64,000 nucleotides of DNA, from positions 31,558,001 through 31,622,000 of the forward strand of contig CM022671.1 of assembly GCA_012295275.1 (NCBI GenBank). Direction: 5' to 3'. This document shows, in pieces, positions 28,581-42,265 of the stretch. The position numbers were made by a program, and so were the translations under genes. The stretch is from Chrysomallon squamiferum. Lineage: Eukaryota > Animalia > Mollusca. The notes under the pieces are model-generated. The model did no database searches and had not been told where the DNA came from. It saw nothing but the letters and a program-made list of their open reading frames with translations. How positions within the stretch are numbered: the first letter of the stretch is position 1; every line of letters starts with the position of its first letter.

Positions 28581-29918
28581 TTGATGATGATAATGGTAAT
28601 GATAATAACAGTAGTAGGAGTAAATATATAATAGTAATAGTTGTAGTAGAGTAGTACTAGCAGTAGTAGTAGTAGTTGTAGTAATCATAATAACAACAAT
28701 AACAATAATAATAATAACTGTATTGATTTCATAGAGTAATAAAACAGGACAATTTCAGATCATTTTTACATCTCATTATCAAACAGCGTTTTTATTTCGT
28801 TATCATTTAATTATCAAAATCGTATCAAAACTGATGAGTTTCTTTCTCTCACAATTACAGACAGTATAATCAAGGAAACGATGCGACTGACGAGCGGAGT
28901 GTTCATGGTTCGAGAGATCGTGGAGGACACAGACTTTACTCTTGACAACGGCAAAACGTACCGCTGTCGTCAAGGCGACAAAGCGGCCATCTATCCACCG
29001 TGCATCCACATGGATCCAGAAATCTTCGAAGAGCCTGAGGTAATTAGCGTTCTGTTTTCCTAAACTGAAGTTAACTCAGTCATTACGTTTGTTAACTCAA
29101 TAGAATTTTCCTTTTTCTTTTGTTAATTATTAGCTAAATTTTATTAGTGGTTTCAGTTAATATTATTTCCCATTGCGGATTAACAAAGAGTTCAGTCTTG
29201 CGCTCAAGTATAAGATTTTAACAGCAACTTATGCGAGTAAAATCTTAATAAAAATGAAAGAAAGAAAACGGGTTCTTATTTTAAAATTCCATTTTAAATC
29301 CGTATCGCTTAACCGGCCGCTTCTTACCCCTTTTATAGGTAATAAACATTTTGTTGTTGTTTGGGTTTTTTTCTTTGTTCTGTTTTTGTTTAAATCGGTC
29401 TATACTTCGAAACAAATTTTACAAATCTTTCTTCGCCGTACAAGCCATTTATCCCGTTCCTGTGACGGTATCAATTTAAAGTTTACACGAGAACGCGTGA
29501 ATTTAAGTTTACCAAAAGAAAAAGAAAAAAAAAAAAAGCTATGTGTGCATGCTGCCGCTACTGTTTAATTAAAGTAACAAAACGGATATCGGCCGAAAGC
29601 GGAAGCGTCAGAATCTGCGGAACTGTAACTGCACGTGACTGAACCTCGGTTTGATTACCCACAAGGAAAGGGAAAGGATTGCAAACAAGGCCAGAAGTCA
29701 CGTATGTTACATGAATGGCTAGTGCATGTCGATAATAAAGAAAGAGAAACGATAGCTGCTTCAGTAAATATGATTTAGGCAAACCGTCGCTTGCTGACAT
29801 CGGTGTTTTACACACAGCCACAAGTCCACCGCGTGTTCCTAGCCTGGCTTCGTGTCCACCGAAATACAGCAGAAACACCGCGGATAAGGCTAGGAAAGAA
29901 CTAGATGTGGATCTTCAC

Positions 29919-30010
<92 letters not shown>

Positions 30011-30482
30011 CCTCCCTCCCTCCCTCCCTCCCCCACTCTCCCCACTCTGCTAACGACCACGTAACAGTATATCAAGTTAAAGGAAATAACGTGTTTGTAT
30101 GTGTGGACAGTTTAAATATATTCTGACTCACTCTGTAATGTTTCTTATTTTGTTTTTTGTTTTTTTATCACAGGTCTTCAAGTACGACCGATTCGTTGAC
30201 GCCAAATTCTACAAGAATGGAAAGGAACTGAAAAACCCGCTGATCGCGTTCGGCTCCCTGTGTCCAGGGAAGAGGTACGCCATGCTGCAGGCCAAGTGGT
30301 TTCTCATCAACCTCGTGAATAATTTCGATATCGAACTTTTGCCGGGAGAGGAGACGACGCCCGACACCAGTTTTTACGGACACGAGATTTTACCACCTCG
30401 ACGCGACGTTAACGTCAGATACAGGTTAAAGGACAACTACCACGAACTCGACTTTCTTCCAAGACGAAGTCACGTTGCCTGA
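25344..30482 (+). CDS. Cytochrome P450 clan 7 (CYP7A1/CYP7B1/CYP8-like sterol hydroxylase), 4 coding exons, 498 aa: join(25344..25423,27590..28518,28861..29039,30174..30482)
   Basis: Exon lengths 80+929+179+309=1497 nt give one open frame across GT-AG introns of phase 2, 1, 0. The protein has an N-terminal signal-anchor plus RRRR, a Pro hinge (ENEPPLVPG), I-helix NTFRAAFW, K-helix KETMR (ExxR), HMDPEIFEEPEVFKYDRF and heme Cys motif FGSLCPG. LPILDSIIKE, FKYDR and FYKNGKELK closely resemble vertebrate CYP7A1 (LPVLDSIIKE, FKYDR, FYCNGLKLK). Exact orthology is not assignable without a tree. Confidence 0.95.
27590..28518 (+). CDS. P450 coding exon 2 (Pro hinge to J-helix)
   Basis: Acceptor tcgttacag|G at 27589/27590 completes the AGG Arg codon. 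Donor CTT G|gtatgt at 28519. GC-rich, high-GC3 sequence within ORF 27522..28526. Confidence 0.95.
28861..29039 (+). CDS. P450 coding exon 3 (K-helix ExxR to DPEIF)
   Basis: Acceptor tttctctcacaattacag|AC. Encodes (D)SIIKETMRLTSGVFMVR...HMDPEIFEEPE. Donor GAG|gtaatt at 29040. Confidence 0.95.
29924..30031. repeat. (CT)n-(CCCT)n microsatellite in the last P450 intron
   Basis: Seen directly. Confidence 0.95.
30174..30482 (+). CDS. P450 coding exon 4 (meander, heme-binding Cys, stop)
   Basis: Long polypyrimidine tract and cacag| acceptor. Encodes VFKYDRFVDAKFYKNGKELKNPLIAFGSLCPGKRYA... with TGA at 30480-30482. Confidence 0.95.
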   Translation, partial: VFKYDRFVDAKFYKNGKELKNPLIAFGSLCPGKRYAMLQAKWFLINLVNNFDIELLPGEETTPDTSFYGHEILPPRRDVNVRYRLKDNYHELDFLPRRSHVA

Positions 30483-31723
30483 AACACGAAGACGAAAGAT
30501 GATGAACAGATACAGAGAAAAAAAAAAAAAAAAATAAACTTTTGAAAAAAGCAGAAAGAAAAAGGAAGCACACATGAAGCGAAAAACAAAAACAAAAACA
30601 AAAAAACAATAACAACTGTGAGTTAAGACTTGTATAAATGTGAACAGTTTTAAGGTGCAAGAAACGTTTTGTGTATTATAAATATTATATCTTAATTTAT
30701 TGACTGCTTAAAGTATTTTCACTTGAAGAGCAGACATTCAGAGAATCTCCCTAAATCGTCGGACAATATTTTCATGTGGTGAATTCTTGTCTCGCGTTTG
30801 TCAGGCGTATTTTTTACACTTTATTTTTTTTTTTTTCTGTGCTTTTTAAACAAAAGAAAATGATTAAGACTATTTTGTATAAAAGTGACACTTTATCAAG
30901 AACTAATTTGTTTAAATCGTACATACGTACGTTTGACTTTGCTGCTCTCAGTTTTACGGGTACTTGTGCAAGAATTTCGTGTGAACTTGTTATTTCTGTT
31001 GGGGATCGAGAGACCAAAGAACGTAAACAAAAAACAACAACAAGAAAAACAAACTCAAGAACCTCCCGCCTGATGGAAAAGTAATGCGGAAGTGCGCCTC
31101 GATATGGTGCAGCAGTACCGCATTAAATTAAATGTGACGTCATATGAACATTTTATTGTATTTTATTTTATTTTTATTACCAACATTGAAGGCATTTACG
31201 AAGAACAAATAGACAATTAAAAATAATAATAATAATAATAATATTAATAATAAAAAAATAAAATAACATTTAGAATGCATTTATTTTGTCACAGTGTAGC
31301 AAGATCATATCGTTACAAATCTGTCGGGGAAAAAAAAAAAAAAAAAAAGGGGGAAAAACATTCAATGAGGAAAAAAACAAACAATGAAGAGTTCTGATGA
31401 GGAAGGAACAAAAATAGGTTTCTGACGAGGAAAAGGATTCTAGTCATGGAAAAGTGAGAGGACTCTGAAGTGTACTGACAGTAAGATTGAGCGATCTAGA
31501 TTGAAAATAGTCCCCTATGATATAATTATTTCATGTAGATATTTTGTGTCGCAGTTTTTGAGACTGACGTTGTTTTACTTCTGAAAATAGAATTCGTCCA
31601 AATGTCGTTATCATCATGTAGAGATCATTCTTTACTAACAACTGTGTACTCATTATTCTCAGTTACTAATAGTCGATTTCTTCTTCTAGTATTTATTTCT
31701 TCTTGTATTATTTATTTACTCAT

Positions 31724-31772
<49 letters not shown>

Positions 31773-31871
31773 TTTGATTATTTTTATGACTATTATTATC
31801 ATCATCATCATTAAGTTATTTTGTTTCATCTTTTATTTATTTATTTATTTATTTCTTTTTTTTTTTTTTCA

Positions 31872-31913
<42 letters not shown>

Positions 31914-32249
31914 GATTTCATTCATTTTCGTGTGTGTTTTTTTCCTCCCCCTAACAGGAAATCTCCCTCTATGAACATATATGTTATTTATCACTTTTAT
32001 TTATTTTGAATTGTGATTGTGTTAGAATTGCTTTGTAGTGGAAGGCTGTGAATGAATTTTGTTTTTTCGAATATTCTTCTTTAATTTTTTTTTTTTTTAA
32101 CTTCGTCTTGAATGTATAGTATCATTAGAAATATTGCCATAATCATCTGTATATTTTATTCAACACGTAATTTATTTTGTATGTTCAGACAAATATCAAT
32201 GTTATTTAAATCATGACACTTAATCCATTATTGCATTTGGTGCTGAAAC

Positions 32250-32271
32250 AATAAATATTTACATAAATAAA
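32250..32271 (+). terminator. Candidate polyadenylation signals for the P450 (3' UTR about 1.8 kb)
   Basis: AATAAA at 32250-32255 and 32266-32271, preceded by TGTA elements and followed by a T/GT-rich tract. AATAAA is common in this DNA, so earlier sites are also possible. Confidence 0.35.
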
Positions 32272-33014
32272 TACATTATATGTTTTCTTTTTACTTCTTA
32301 GCATTTCTTTCTTTTTCTTTCTTTCTTTCTTTATTTGTTTATTCTTATTATTTCATTTCCAAAGTTACAGCTTCAATGCGAGATGAAGAAATTACCATTA
32401 GTTTGTTTGCGCTGTCTGTTTCTCTATCTAATTTATCTGTCTATCCATCTATCTGTCTATCTGTCTATGTGTCTGTCTATCTAATATGTCTGTCTATCCA
32501 TTTATGTGTCTCTCTATCTATCTTTCTATCAACCAGTCTTTTTCTTTCTGTCTGTCTTTCTATCTTTTTTCTGTCTCCGTACCGAAGTACCTTAAGTATT
32601 TCTCTCGAATTCTCCCTGCCTGTCTCTTTGTCTTTCTGTCTTTCTCTTTGACTGTCTATAAAATCACAACACTGGATCGCCAGGCAGACTTCTCCACAAT
32701 TAAAACGTGAAGCGAATGGTCTGGTAGTGATAAAATAGCTGTTAAGTATAAACGTTTTATTGGCAGTCGCTGTCGAAGAGAACGAACGAAGCTGCACTGT
32801 TTATCAAACTCCTGGTGCATTTATGTGGCACGTTCGCAGTTTTTGCTTTACCGTAAAATAACAACGACCATCTTTCCTCTGAACCGTTTTTTAACGTCAG
32901 TCGAAGTCGGATGATGAAGACAGCCACATTCTAAAATAATTACAACATGATTGAGTTGTATCACTTGAAAATGATTCTGCACTGGTTTAATACTTAAAAA
33001 AATAATAAAAAAAA

Positions 33015-33079
<65 letters not shown>

Positions 33080-33624
33080 TGATGATGATGATGATAATAA
33101 TAATAATAATGATAATAATAATGATAACGATAATAATAACAATAATAATAATAATAATGATGATAATAATAATAATAATAAATTAATAAAATAAAATAAA
33201 ATAAAACAAAATAAAATAAATAAATAAATTAAATTAAAATAAAATAAAATAAATAAATTAAATTAAATTAAAAAGTATATAACTTTATAAAATAATAAAA
33301 AAATAGCATTATCATCTACAACAACAACAACTACAACATTAATAATAATAACAGTAAAAAGAAGAAGACAAACAATAATAATTATAATAATAAATACATC
33401 CTTCATATATAAACTTATTATTAAATTTTTTTTTATTTAAAAAGGTCATATTCATAAGATATGTACATTCGTGTAGATCTGCTGAAAAAAATCAAAGGCG
33501 AAACAGAATGCGTGGTTATACCTGATATGAAAAAATATATATATATCTTATTTTGCACTAGAATTATTTCCTAGCTTTATTTTATTACTTTTTAATTATT
33601 TATTTGTTTATTTATTTATTAATT

Positions 33625-33660
<36 letters not shown>

Positions 33661-33672
33661 TATTAATTATTA

Positions 33673-33739
<67 letters not shown>

Positions 33740-35013
33740 TTCAGTTGCATTTACCTGATATATAAATATAATAAATGGAAGCTAATAAAACAAAGATAAA
33801 CATTACTAATAACAGTAACAATCAACAAGTAACAACAACAACAACAACAACAATATCAATTATAATAATAACCTAGATTTTTATTTCATTTTATTGCAAA
33901 TTTTATTTTTATTATTTTATAATTAGTTTGTTATTCTTATCATTTTATTTCATTTTATTAAAAAAAAATCTCTCTCTCTCTCTCTTTCTTTTAATTATTT
34001 ATTTATTTTTATTTATTTATTGTTGTTTTTTTGGTGGGATTTTTGCGAGAGGTTTTATGTGTAAGTTTGTAATTTATTTATTTATTTATTTATTTATTTT
34101 TGTTGTTTACAGTTAAAATGTCACTTTTAAGTATATTTTACTATGCGCTACGACAACAACCAAACATTCAAAACAACCAAAAAAGAATTCAAATGAGAAC
34201 TAATTATAATAACAATAAATATTAATAACCAAAACCAGTAAATAAATAAATAAATAAAATTTGTAAATGTCATTTAAGTTCACATTTCAATACAAATTTC
34301 TAATAAACAGATTTTTTTATTATTATTTTTTATTATTAAAATTTGCTCTACAGCTAGGTAGATAGATAGATAGAAAAAGAGAAAGATAAATAGACAGATA
34401 TTACTTGCCTTTTCTAATAATACATTCAAAATGTGAATTCAATTTCGTATATTTTTATTATTAAGCAAATGGAAATCATTTTGCTAGTAATACATATCTT
34501 ATTTCTGAAGAAATAAAAATATGAAGAATAATTAATATTATTATTGTATAAAATTCCCATTTCTTGTCTAATTTTAAAATCAAATAATATCTTCAGATTT
34601 TGTTTCGTAAAAGGAATGCATTATTTGCGTGTGTACTTTTAAAATTACTGTTTAATAAAATAACAGTACATTTATTTAGTAAGATAAAAAATTCACGTTT
34701 ATTATTGATTTTAAAATATGAGTTAACGTTTGAACGTTACGTTTAATTCTCACAAAGTAAATAAATATTATTCAAATAATTTTCTACGAAACAGATTTTT
34801 TATTATTATTATTTGGATTTAAATTTCCAGTCTTTTATTATGATTTAGAATATGATTTCACGATTAAATATTAATTTACTTTTTTTCATTATTATTCTTT
34901 TCATAAACTAAATGTTCGTAATTCCAAGTATACTTCTAATAAACTAATAAATGATAATTAAGTATACATTTTGTTAAGTTTCACATTTACAGGGTTGTTT
35001 TTGTTATTTTTCA

Positions 35014-35068
<55 letters not shown>

Positions 35069-35071
35069 TTA

Positions 35072-35102
<31 letters not shown>

Positions 35103-35608
35103 GTTATTCTTCTTCTTCTTATTATTATTATTATTATTTTCAGATTTTATTTTTTATTTGTATGTGTGCGTGATTTAAAATGTGAATTGGTGTTTGAATA
35201 ACAATTTTAGATTTTGTGCTCTACTTCTATTTTGAGTTCTGTTTATTTGTAATAACATATAACTGTTATGAGAAATATATATTTTCAGTTATCATTTGTA
35301 AATAAACAGTACTTTCAACTTTCTTACGATAAACTCAACAGATTATTTCAGTTTACCTTTTGATCAAAAATAAATTCATATCAATTAAGTTCAAGTGAAG
35401 AAAAAAAAAGAAAGAAAGATAGAAGAAAAGCTAAAAACATTCTCTCTCTCTCTGTCTGATTCTATGTGTGTTAATAAATAAATAAAATCAGAGTACAAAT
35501 ATAATGTAATATAATATAATATAATATATTTTGTGTGTGTATATATATATATATATATTGTATTTGCATATTTGATATTATTGCAGTAGTATTTTATTTT
35601 ATTTATCG

Positions 35609-35647
<39 letters not shown>

Positions 35648-35800
35648 TTACTTTTTTTTTAATTTTAATTTTATATTTTGTCTTATGATACTGACATCAT
35701 AACAAACATACATGACTCCTGACTACATTTACAAAACGCTAACAAATAAACTCAACATAATTCAATTGCCATCATAAATATCTGTAAGCAGTATTTACAC

Positions 35801-36100
35801 TGACACGTTCACTCTAACTTAGAGCAGTCAAATTTAGATTTAAAACTCCTCTGTTCCAGCACACTATCTTCCGCGATCATATCACTGAGGTTAATATTAT
35901 TTATTTATTTGTTTAGAACTTTATATGTTTGTTTGTTGTTTTTTAATTGTTAATTATTATTATTATTATTTTTTTTTTTATATTGACACATTCAGCCTAA
36001 TTCACATCAGTCAAATTTAGATCAAAAACTCTCCTATTCTGCTGCACTGTCTTCCGCGTAGAATATTCTTGAGGTTAATATTATTTATCTGTTTAGTAAT
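35801..36100. repeat. Diverged 183-bp-period tandem duplication
   Basis: tgacac at 35801/35984 and cagtcaaatttagat at 35825/36008. tcttccgcg and tgaggttaatattatttat are each present twice. Confidence 0.85.
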
Positions 36101-36432
36101 TTATTTATTTGTTTGTTTATTTATTGTTATTGATATTTAGATTGTTGTGTGGTATTATCTTTTTTTTTTTCCTGTGGTTTTCATTTATTAAAATTAGAGT
36201 ATTGAACAAAATTTTATAATCAGTCAGTGGAAATCGTTAGGTATATCTAAATGAAAATAGTAATAATAATCATAATATTAATAATAATAATAAGAAGAAG
36301 AAGAAGAAGAATAATAACAATATCAAAAATAATAATAATAATAATAACAACAACAATAACAATATTAAAAATAAATTATTAATAAGTGGTACCAAAGAAA
36401 ATCTGTAGTACTTTAATATAATACAATACAGT

Positions 36433-36650
36433 ATATAATATAATATAATATAATATAATATAATATAATATAATATAATATAATATAATATAATGTAATG
36501 TAATATAATATAATATAATATAATATAATATAGTATAAAATAATGTAATGTAATGTAATATAATGTAATATAATGTAATGTAATGTAATATAATATAATG
36601 TAATATAATATAATGTAATATAATATAATATAATAACAGTATAATATAAT
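36433..36650. repeat. Pentanucleotide (TAATA)n/(TAATG)n array
   Basis: Seen directly. Produces the spurious ILYYII ORFs. Confidence 0.95.
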
Positions 36651-37615
36651 ACAATATCATAACATATGTAATATACTCCAGACATTTTAATGAAAGAAAA
36701 AAACATTTACCTCAATACAGGATAAAGATAAAGTTACTTAAAAACTACAACAACAACAACAACAACAACAATGATAATAATAACAATAATAATAATGTTT
36801 CTGTATCTGTAAAATAAATACTAGCTCTGTATTCAAATATAACATAAATAACAAGAAATCTGTGTAATTATAAACACTGTCAATGACCTTTCTACAAATT
36901 ACACATTTTTTGGTTGTTAATTCAATTATCATTATATTTATATATTTATGTATGTATTGATTTTAAAAGTAATGTGTAGTATATAATTTTATTATATTAC
37001 ATTTTGTTCTAATTACTGTTTCTTTTCTTCTTCTTCTCTATATATATGTTTATGTATAGGAAGAAGATCAATATATATATATATATATATATATATGTTA
37101 CTGATAATGCATTTCAGTTGAATTTTATATAAAACAAAACGATTTTTTCATTCCAAAAATGTATTTCAGTATTATAATTATTAGAAGTGAATTATAATTA
37201 TTTTATCATTAGAGTTAGTTTGTCTTAAATAATCAGTAATTCATTCATTCAAGATACTAAATAAAGAGCATTTGTCAAAAATATCTTTTGTTATTCGAGT
37301 GCCTTCTCTCTTTTTATTATTATTATTAGTAGTAGTAGTTTTACATTTGTCTTATTTAAAGACAATACACACTGTTATATGGGTTGTTAAAAACAAGTGT
37401 CGGATTCCACTACCCGTCGTCTGCGCATGATCTAAAACAAACGCCTACCTAAAACCTCAAATTTGTTCCGATAATGTGCGTTAGTGGTAATTGCAAAACT
37501 GATAACTTCAGCTCCGAGGTGTGATCGAAACAAAAGAAAGCGAAGCTGACTGAACAAGAAAGCTCTGCGGAGGGTCTTTCTGCCGCCAGTGTGAATTTCA
37601 CGTTCGGAAATATTC

Positions 37616-37651
<36 letters not shown>

Positions 37652-40600
37652 GATACGATACGACTGGTATTTTGCCGATACGAAATTTTCGTTCTGGAGT
37701 TAAAAGTCCAGACATGGCGTGTCTGTCGGGTCCCGCATGCTTCTAAGCGTAGCATGTCGGGGTTTTCAACAATTACTGTACACAAAAAAGTGACTAAAAT
37801 AACAGAAGAGAAACAATTGATTCAGTTCTGACGAATTTGCCTTCAATATCACGCATTAGTGAAGCGTAGCAAAAGCGTCAGTTTCAGTTTAAACTAAGCG
37901 AGATTTAGAACGCTCGTTGCTCAGCGATTGGCGGGTTAACATTGTTTTCTTCGTACCAAGCAATTTCCAGCACAAAAGCGCGAATGATTTATGAACTTCG
38001 GCTTCCTTTCGGTCACACAGAAAAGACTTTTGCTAGAGTGACTTGCTAGAGAAAAAGCAGGAACAAAAACACGACTGTTAAGTGCCATAACTGATTATTT
38101 CGACTAAATAAATAATCCCTCTTTTCCGTCCATTACAAATTAATAATCATAGTGAATTGCTTGGGTTGACAGGGGCGGTTCCAATAGTTTTTTTTTTTGT
38201 TTTGTTTGTTTTATAAAGGGGAGGGAAGGCTATGGTAAAAGCAGTTAAGTAATTTTAATCAAACAAAAAAAACAGAAACAAAAAAAATGCCTATGCCATT
38301 CAGTTGGGACATTTGAAAATAATAATAATAATAATAATAATAATGATAACAACAACAACAGGAGCAATAACGATAATAATAATAATGATAATGATGATGA
38401 TGAATGAATAATATATGCCCATGTAGATAAACTAATGAATAAAAATGCAATAACACACAATACAAAATCAAAACTGAAGTGAATATCACGTGCACTTTAT
38501 TTACACTTTAAATAGATGGAGAAATTTGGGGCAAAATGTTTCATTTTCTTCTTTTTTTGTTTGTTTGTTTATATTATATTGTTTTTAAGTTATTTAAAAT
38601 GTAACTTAAATGTTACAATAAATCTATAAGATCTTGCAGTTATTACGCATAAATTAAAAAAAAAAACAACCCAGTAATGACTGTTTTTATATTTAAAAAA
38701 AAAAAAAAGAGTAATAACAAAAAATAATACTTATCATAAAGTAATAATTATTAAATCAAATGATGGAATAAATACAAATGTAGTAAAACAGACAAACAAA
38801 AACAAACAAAGAATTATTATTGCTGTTAATTTTTTTTTTTTTTTTTTTTTTTTTTTGCTCGTGTGATATTCCGATTGTTGTTATCACCAAGCTGGCCTGT
38901 GTACGCTGTAATTTGCTGTTAATAAATAAATAAACAACCATACTGTACTAAACTATAAATATTTGTTACTGGAAAATGTATATTTAGCATGTGTTTACAA
39001 TACGAATGTTAATTTTTGTAACAACAAGTGGACATTGGCATTTAAGAAATCAGCTTCGGAAAAGCTGCTTTTGAACTGGATTTCACTAAGTGTGCGGAAA
39101 AATGACGTCACGAATACCACTGACTTCAAGCCAATTATAAAGAAATTTTTTTTTTTTTACGTAGAAAACTACGCAAATGTTTGTGTTTAACACTTTATTA
39201 ATAATAAATAATTCATTGTTATTTCACACCGAACCATCTCAGATAACAGCAGGTGATGACGTATTTCGTCAGCTGTTCTAATCGAGAAGCAACAAGCGAT
39301 CGTTTATTTGCGCCTCCTCATAGACAGAACACGGTGTTTGATAAATCAGTTTACGAACAATGTCTGTGAGGAAATAATGACTATTTTCCAAATAAAGCCA
39401 TCTTGATTCTCTATATCATTAAGATTGTGTCTCATTGTTGCTATTTTATCATTTTAAAATTATTTTTCAGAATATAATCATATACCAAAAAATCTTAATA
39501 TTTATCGAGAAGTTAATAAAAGGCTGCATGTGACTGTGGATGTGTGTGTATATCTATACACACTCATGTACGAATGCATGCTTAACAACATATAATAATT
39601 ACAAAGATGGAAAACAAACAGAGAAATAGATATAAAGACAGATTCAAAGAAAAATTGGCAGCAAGATGAAAGATGGAAGAATAGAAACGACAGAGTTACA
39701 AAGAATGGGACAGAACAAAAAGAACAACACCAATTTCTTCTCTCTATCTCTTTATTTTTCCTTTTTATTTTTTATTTCATGTGCGAAACAAATCAATTTA
39801 GAAAAAAAAAAATCTTACAACTGAAATATGTTTGTAAATACCATTTGTGTCATCTAAGTCTCCAACGCTAACTTTAATAATATTTTAAATTTTATTTTAA
39901 TTTTATTTTAATTTTTTTACAGTTTTACATTTTTTTTTCTTTTTTACATTTCTTTAGTATATCTTCTATTCTTATTCATTCTTAATATCGTTTTCTTCTT
40001 TTTTTTTTCTTTTTTTTTTTTTTTTGAAATATCTTTCTTTCTTCTTTCTTCTTCTTCTTCTTATTTTTTAAAAATATATTCTAATATTTTTTCTCTCCCC
40101 CTTTTCACAAAACGGGCTGTTCGTGTCAAATGATGTATTGAAATGGAGCAAAACAAATTGATTAGTGACCCACCCTGGGGCTTTTTGAAGAGCGATCGAA
40201 TTGCGTTGTGAGATGTATAACTGGCGCTACCTTTCGACAGAAACTGGTAATTTATGACACCACTAGCTGTAGCGTAGTTGTTTTGTTCCTCGCTTCTTTC
40301 TTTTTCTTCACATACATATAAATACGAGCCGTGAACATTGTTGTCTTTATCGGGTTCGTTAATGCGGGGAGTGATCTACATTAAATACCCGTTTTACGAT
40401 TCGCAGCCAGATAGAAACGCAATATGTATCGAGTTAACATAAGAGTTTTTCGTTTTATGTTCCTGGGTTGTTGTTTTTTTGTTTTTTTTTTCTTTTCAAA
40501 TACTACCTCGAAACGAAGAAGTGGAAATATATGCGATGGCCGTAATTCAATAGTGTTACTTTTATTATTTTTATTTAGGATCCTTTCCTTAGGAAAAAAA

Positions 40601-41425
40601 AAAAAAAAAAAAAAGTTAAATGTTGAGGAAAGTGAATACTAATGTCTTTTTGGAAGTAACATTTTAAGAATAAAAAAAAAAAAAAAATGTTGAAATTTTT
40701 TTTTTTTTACGTTGAGCTTCTACTTTTTGTGAACACGTAAGTGTAAATATACAGACTGTGAATTTTTGTTTGCACATATAAATATTCACACACACAGATA
40801 CATAATATACATACATACATACATACATACATACATACATACATACATACATACATACATACATACATACATACACAGATATGTATGTGTTGCTGGGAAC
40901 AAGTTGTCATGTTTTAAATAACATACTTTTTCGATTAAAAAAAAAAGAAAAAGAAGAAGAAGACAAGAATACGATGAAAATGAGTAAAAAAAAAAAAGAG
41001 AGATTTACTGCCTTTTCATCGAATGATAAAAGAATCTACATTTATATATTTCACGTTTTCAACAAAACCTTCCACAACTTTCCTTACAAAAGTATACAAG
41101 CCATCACCTTTTTAAAAACGAGACAGATGATTTTCCATGATACATTAAGCATTAAACGTCTTTTCAAACCTAATGCCGAGATTAGTCAGGCGTTTAGCGC
41201 CCGCCGAACGACGTCAGCGCTCCGGCGTTTAGGCGATGAGCGCATGCAGAAAATCGCAGTGTTCTTCACCGAGTTACGCGCCGCTTGTTTCTCGACACGA
41301 CTGGTACTGAGCAGTTACGTTGTTCCCTGTGCCAGGGCAGACCTCCCGCCTGGCGTAACATCCGAACGAGTTAATGTATTAATAATGGCGCATTATTTGC
41401 CTCGTTCGAGAGCTAAAAAAAAGGG

Positions 41426-41457
<32 letters not shown>

Positions 41458-41853
41458 CTTATTCGTTTATTATAGACATGTGTGAAAAATGCAGGTGAGA
41501 AAAATTCAAATGATAAAGGAATATCTTAACGTTGAATTAGTTTTAACTGCTTCAGTATTGTTCAAGTTCTGTTCGTTTGTTCGTTGGTGTTTTTTTTTTT
41601 TTTTTTTTTTTAAATGAATCTATGAAATTACGCTCTTACAGAACATCACGTACCTAATCCAAATAAAAATAAAAAAAATATTTTAAACATTCACTTATAA
41701 AATGAAAGTGAAAATATAAAACTCAGCACCATTTGAACATATTTTAACATTCACATTTATTAGATGTTAAATATGGTCTTACAGTTACAATACCAAACAG
41801 AAGAAATATCTTTATCACTATTATACCAATGAAACGAAGAATAAGAAGAAACG

Positions 41854-41898
<45 letters not shown>

Positions 41899-42265
41899 AT
41901 ATTATTATTATTATCTTTGTTGTTGTTGCTGTTGTTGCCGTTACCGCCAACATCATCATCTGCGGCATTGATATTAAATGATGTACCTGTGTTCACATCT
42001 AATCTGCTCCACCCATTTCACAAACCGACCGGTCATGTTCTGACATGGGTTTGTCCACTTTGTGTCCGACCATCGAAAACTTGTCTAATGGATGACGTCT
42101 GGAATTCCGTGTATCTGACGAGAAGAACACGACACTCGGTCGTAAGTGACTTTTAACCTTTTTTTTTTTTTTTTTTTTTTTTATTTGTTTCTTACTTCTG
42201 TGACTAGAATTGTGACACGATTTACTTACTGCAGTTGTGAAACATTTCACACGTCGAGAAGCTAA

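Noticed and set aside
27627-28688. 353-aa minus-strand ORF overlapping the large P450 exon
   Set aside because: Antisense shadow of a high-GC3 exon. It starts in (TAC)/(ATT) microsatellite and has no domain character.
30483-32280. AU-rich elements (ATTTA) in the presumptive 3' UTR, as in mammalian CYP7A1
   Set aside because: ATTTA is ubiquitous in this AT-rich DNA, so it is uninformative without conservation data.
40881-41498. 205-aa + strand ORF
   Set aside because: Spans poly-A and poly-T runs, with no codon bias like the true exons and no recognisable domain.
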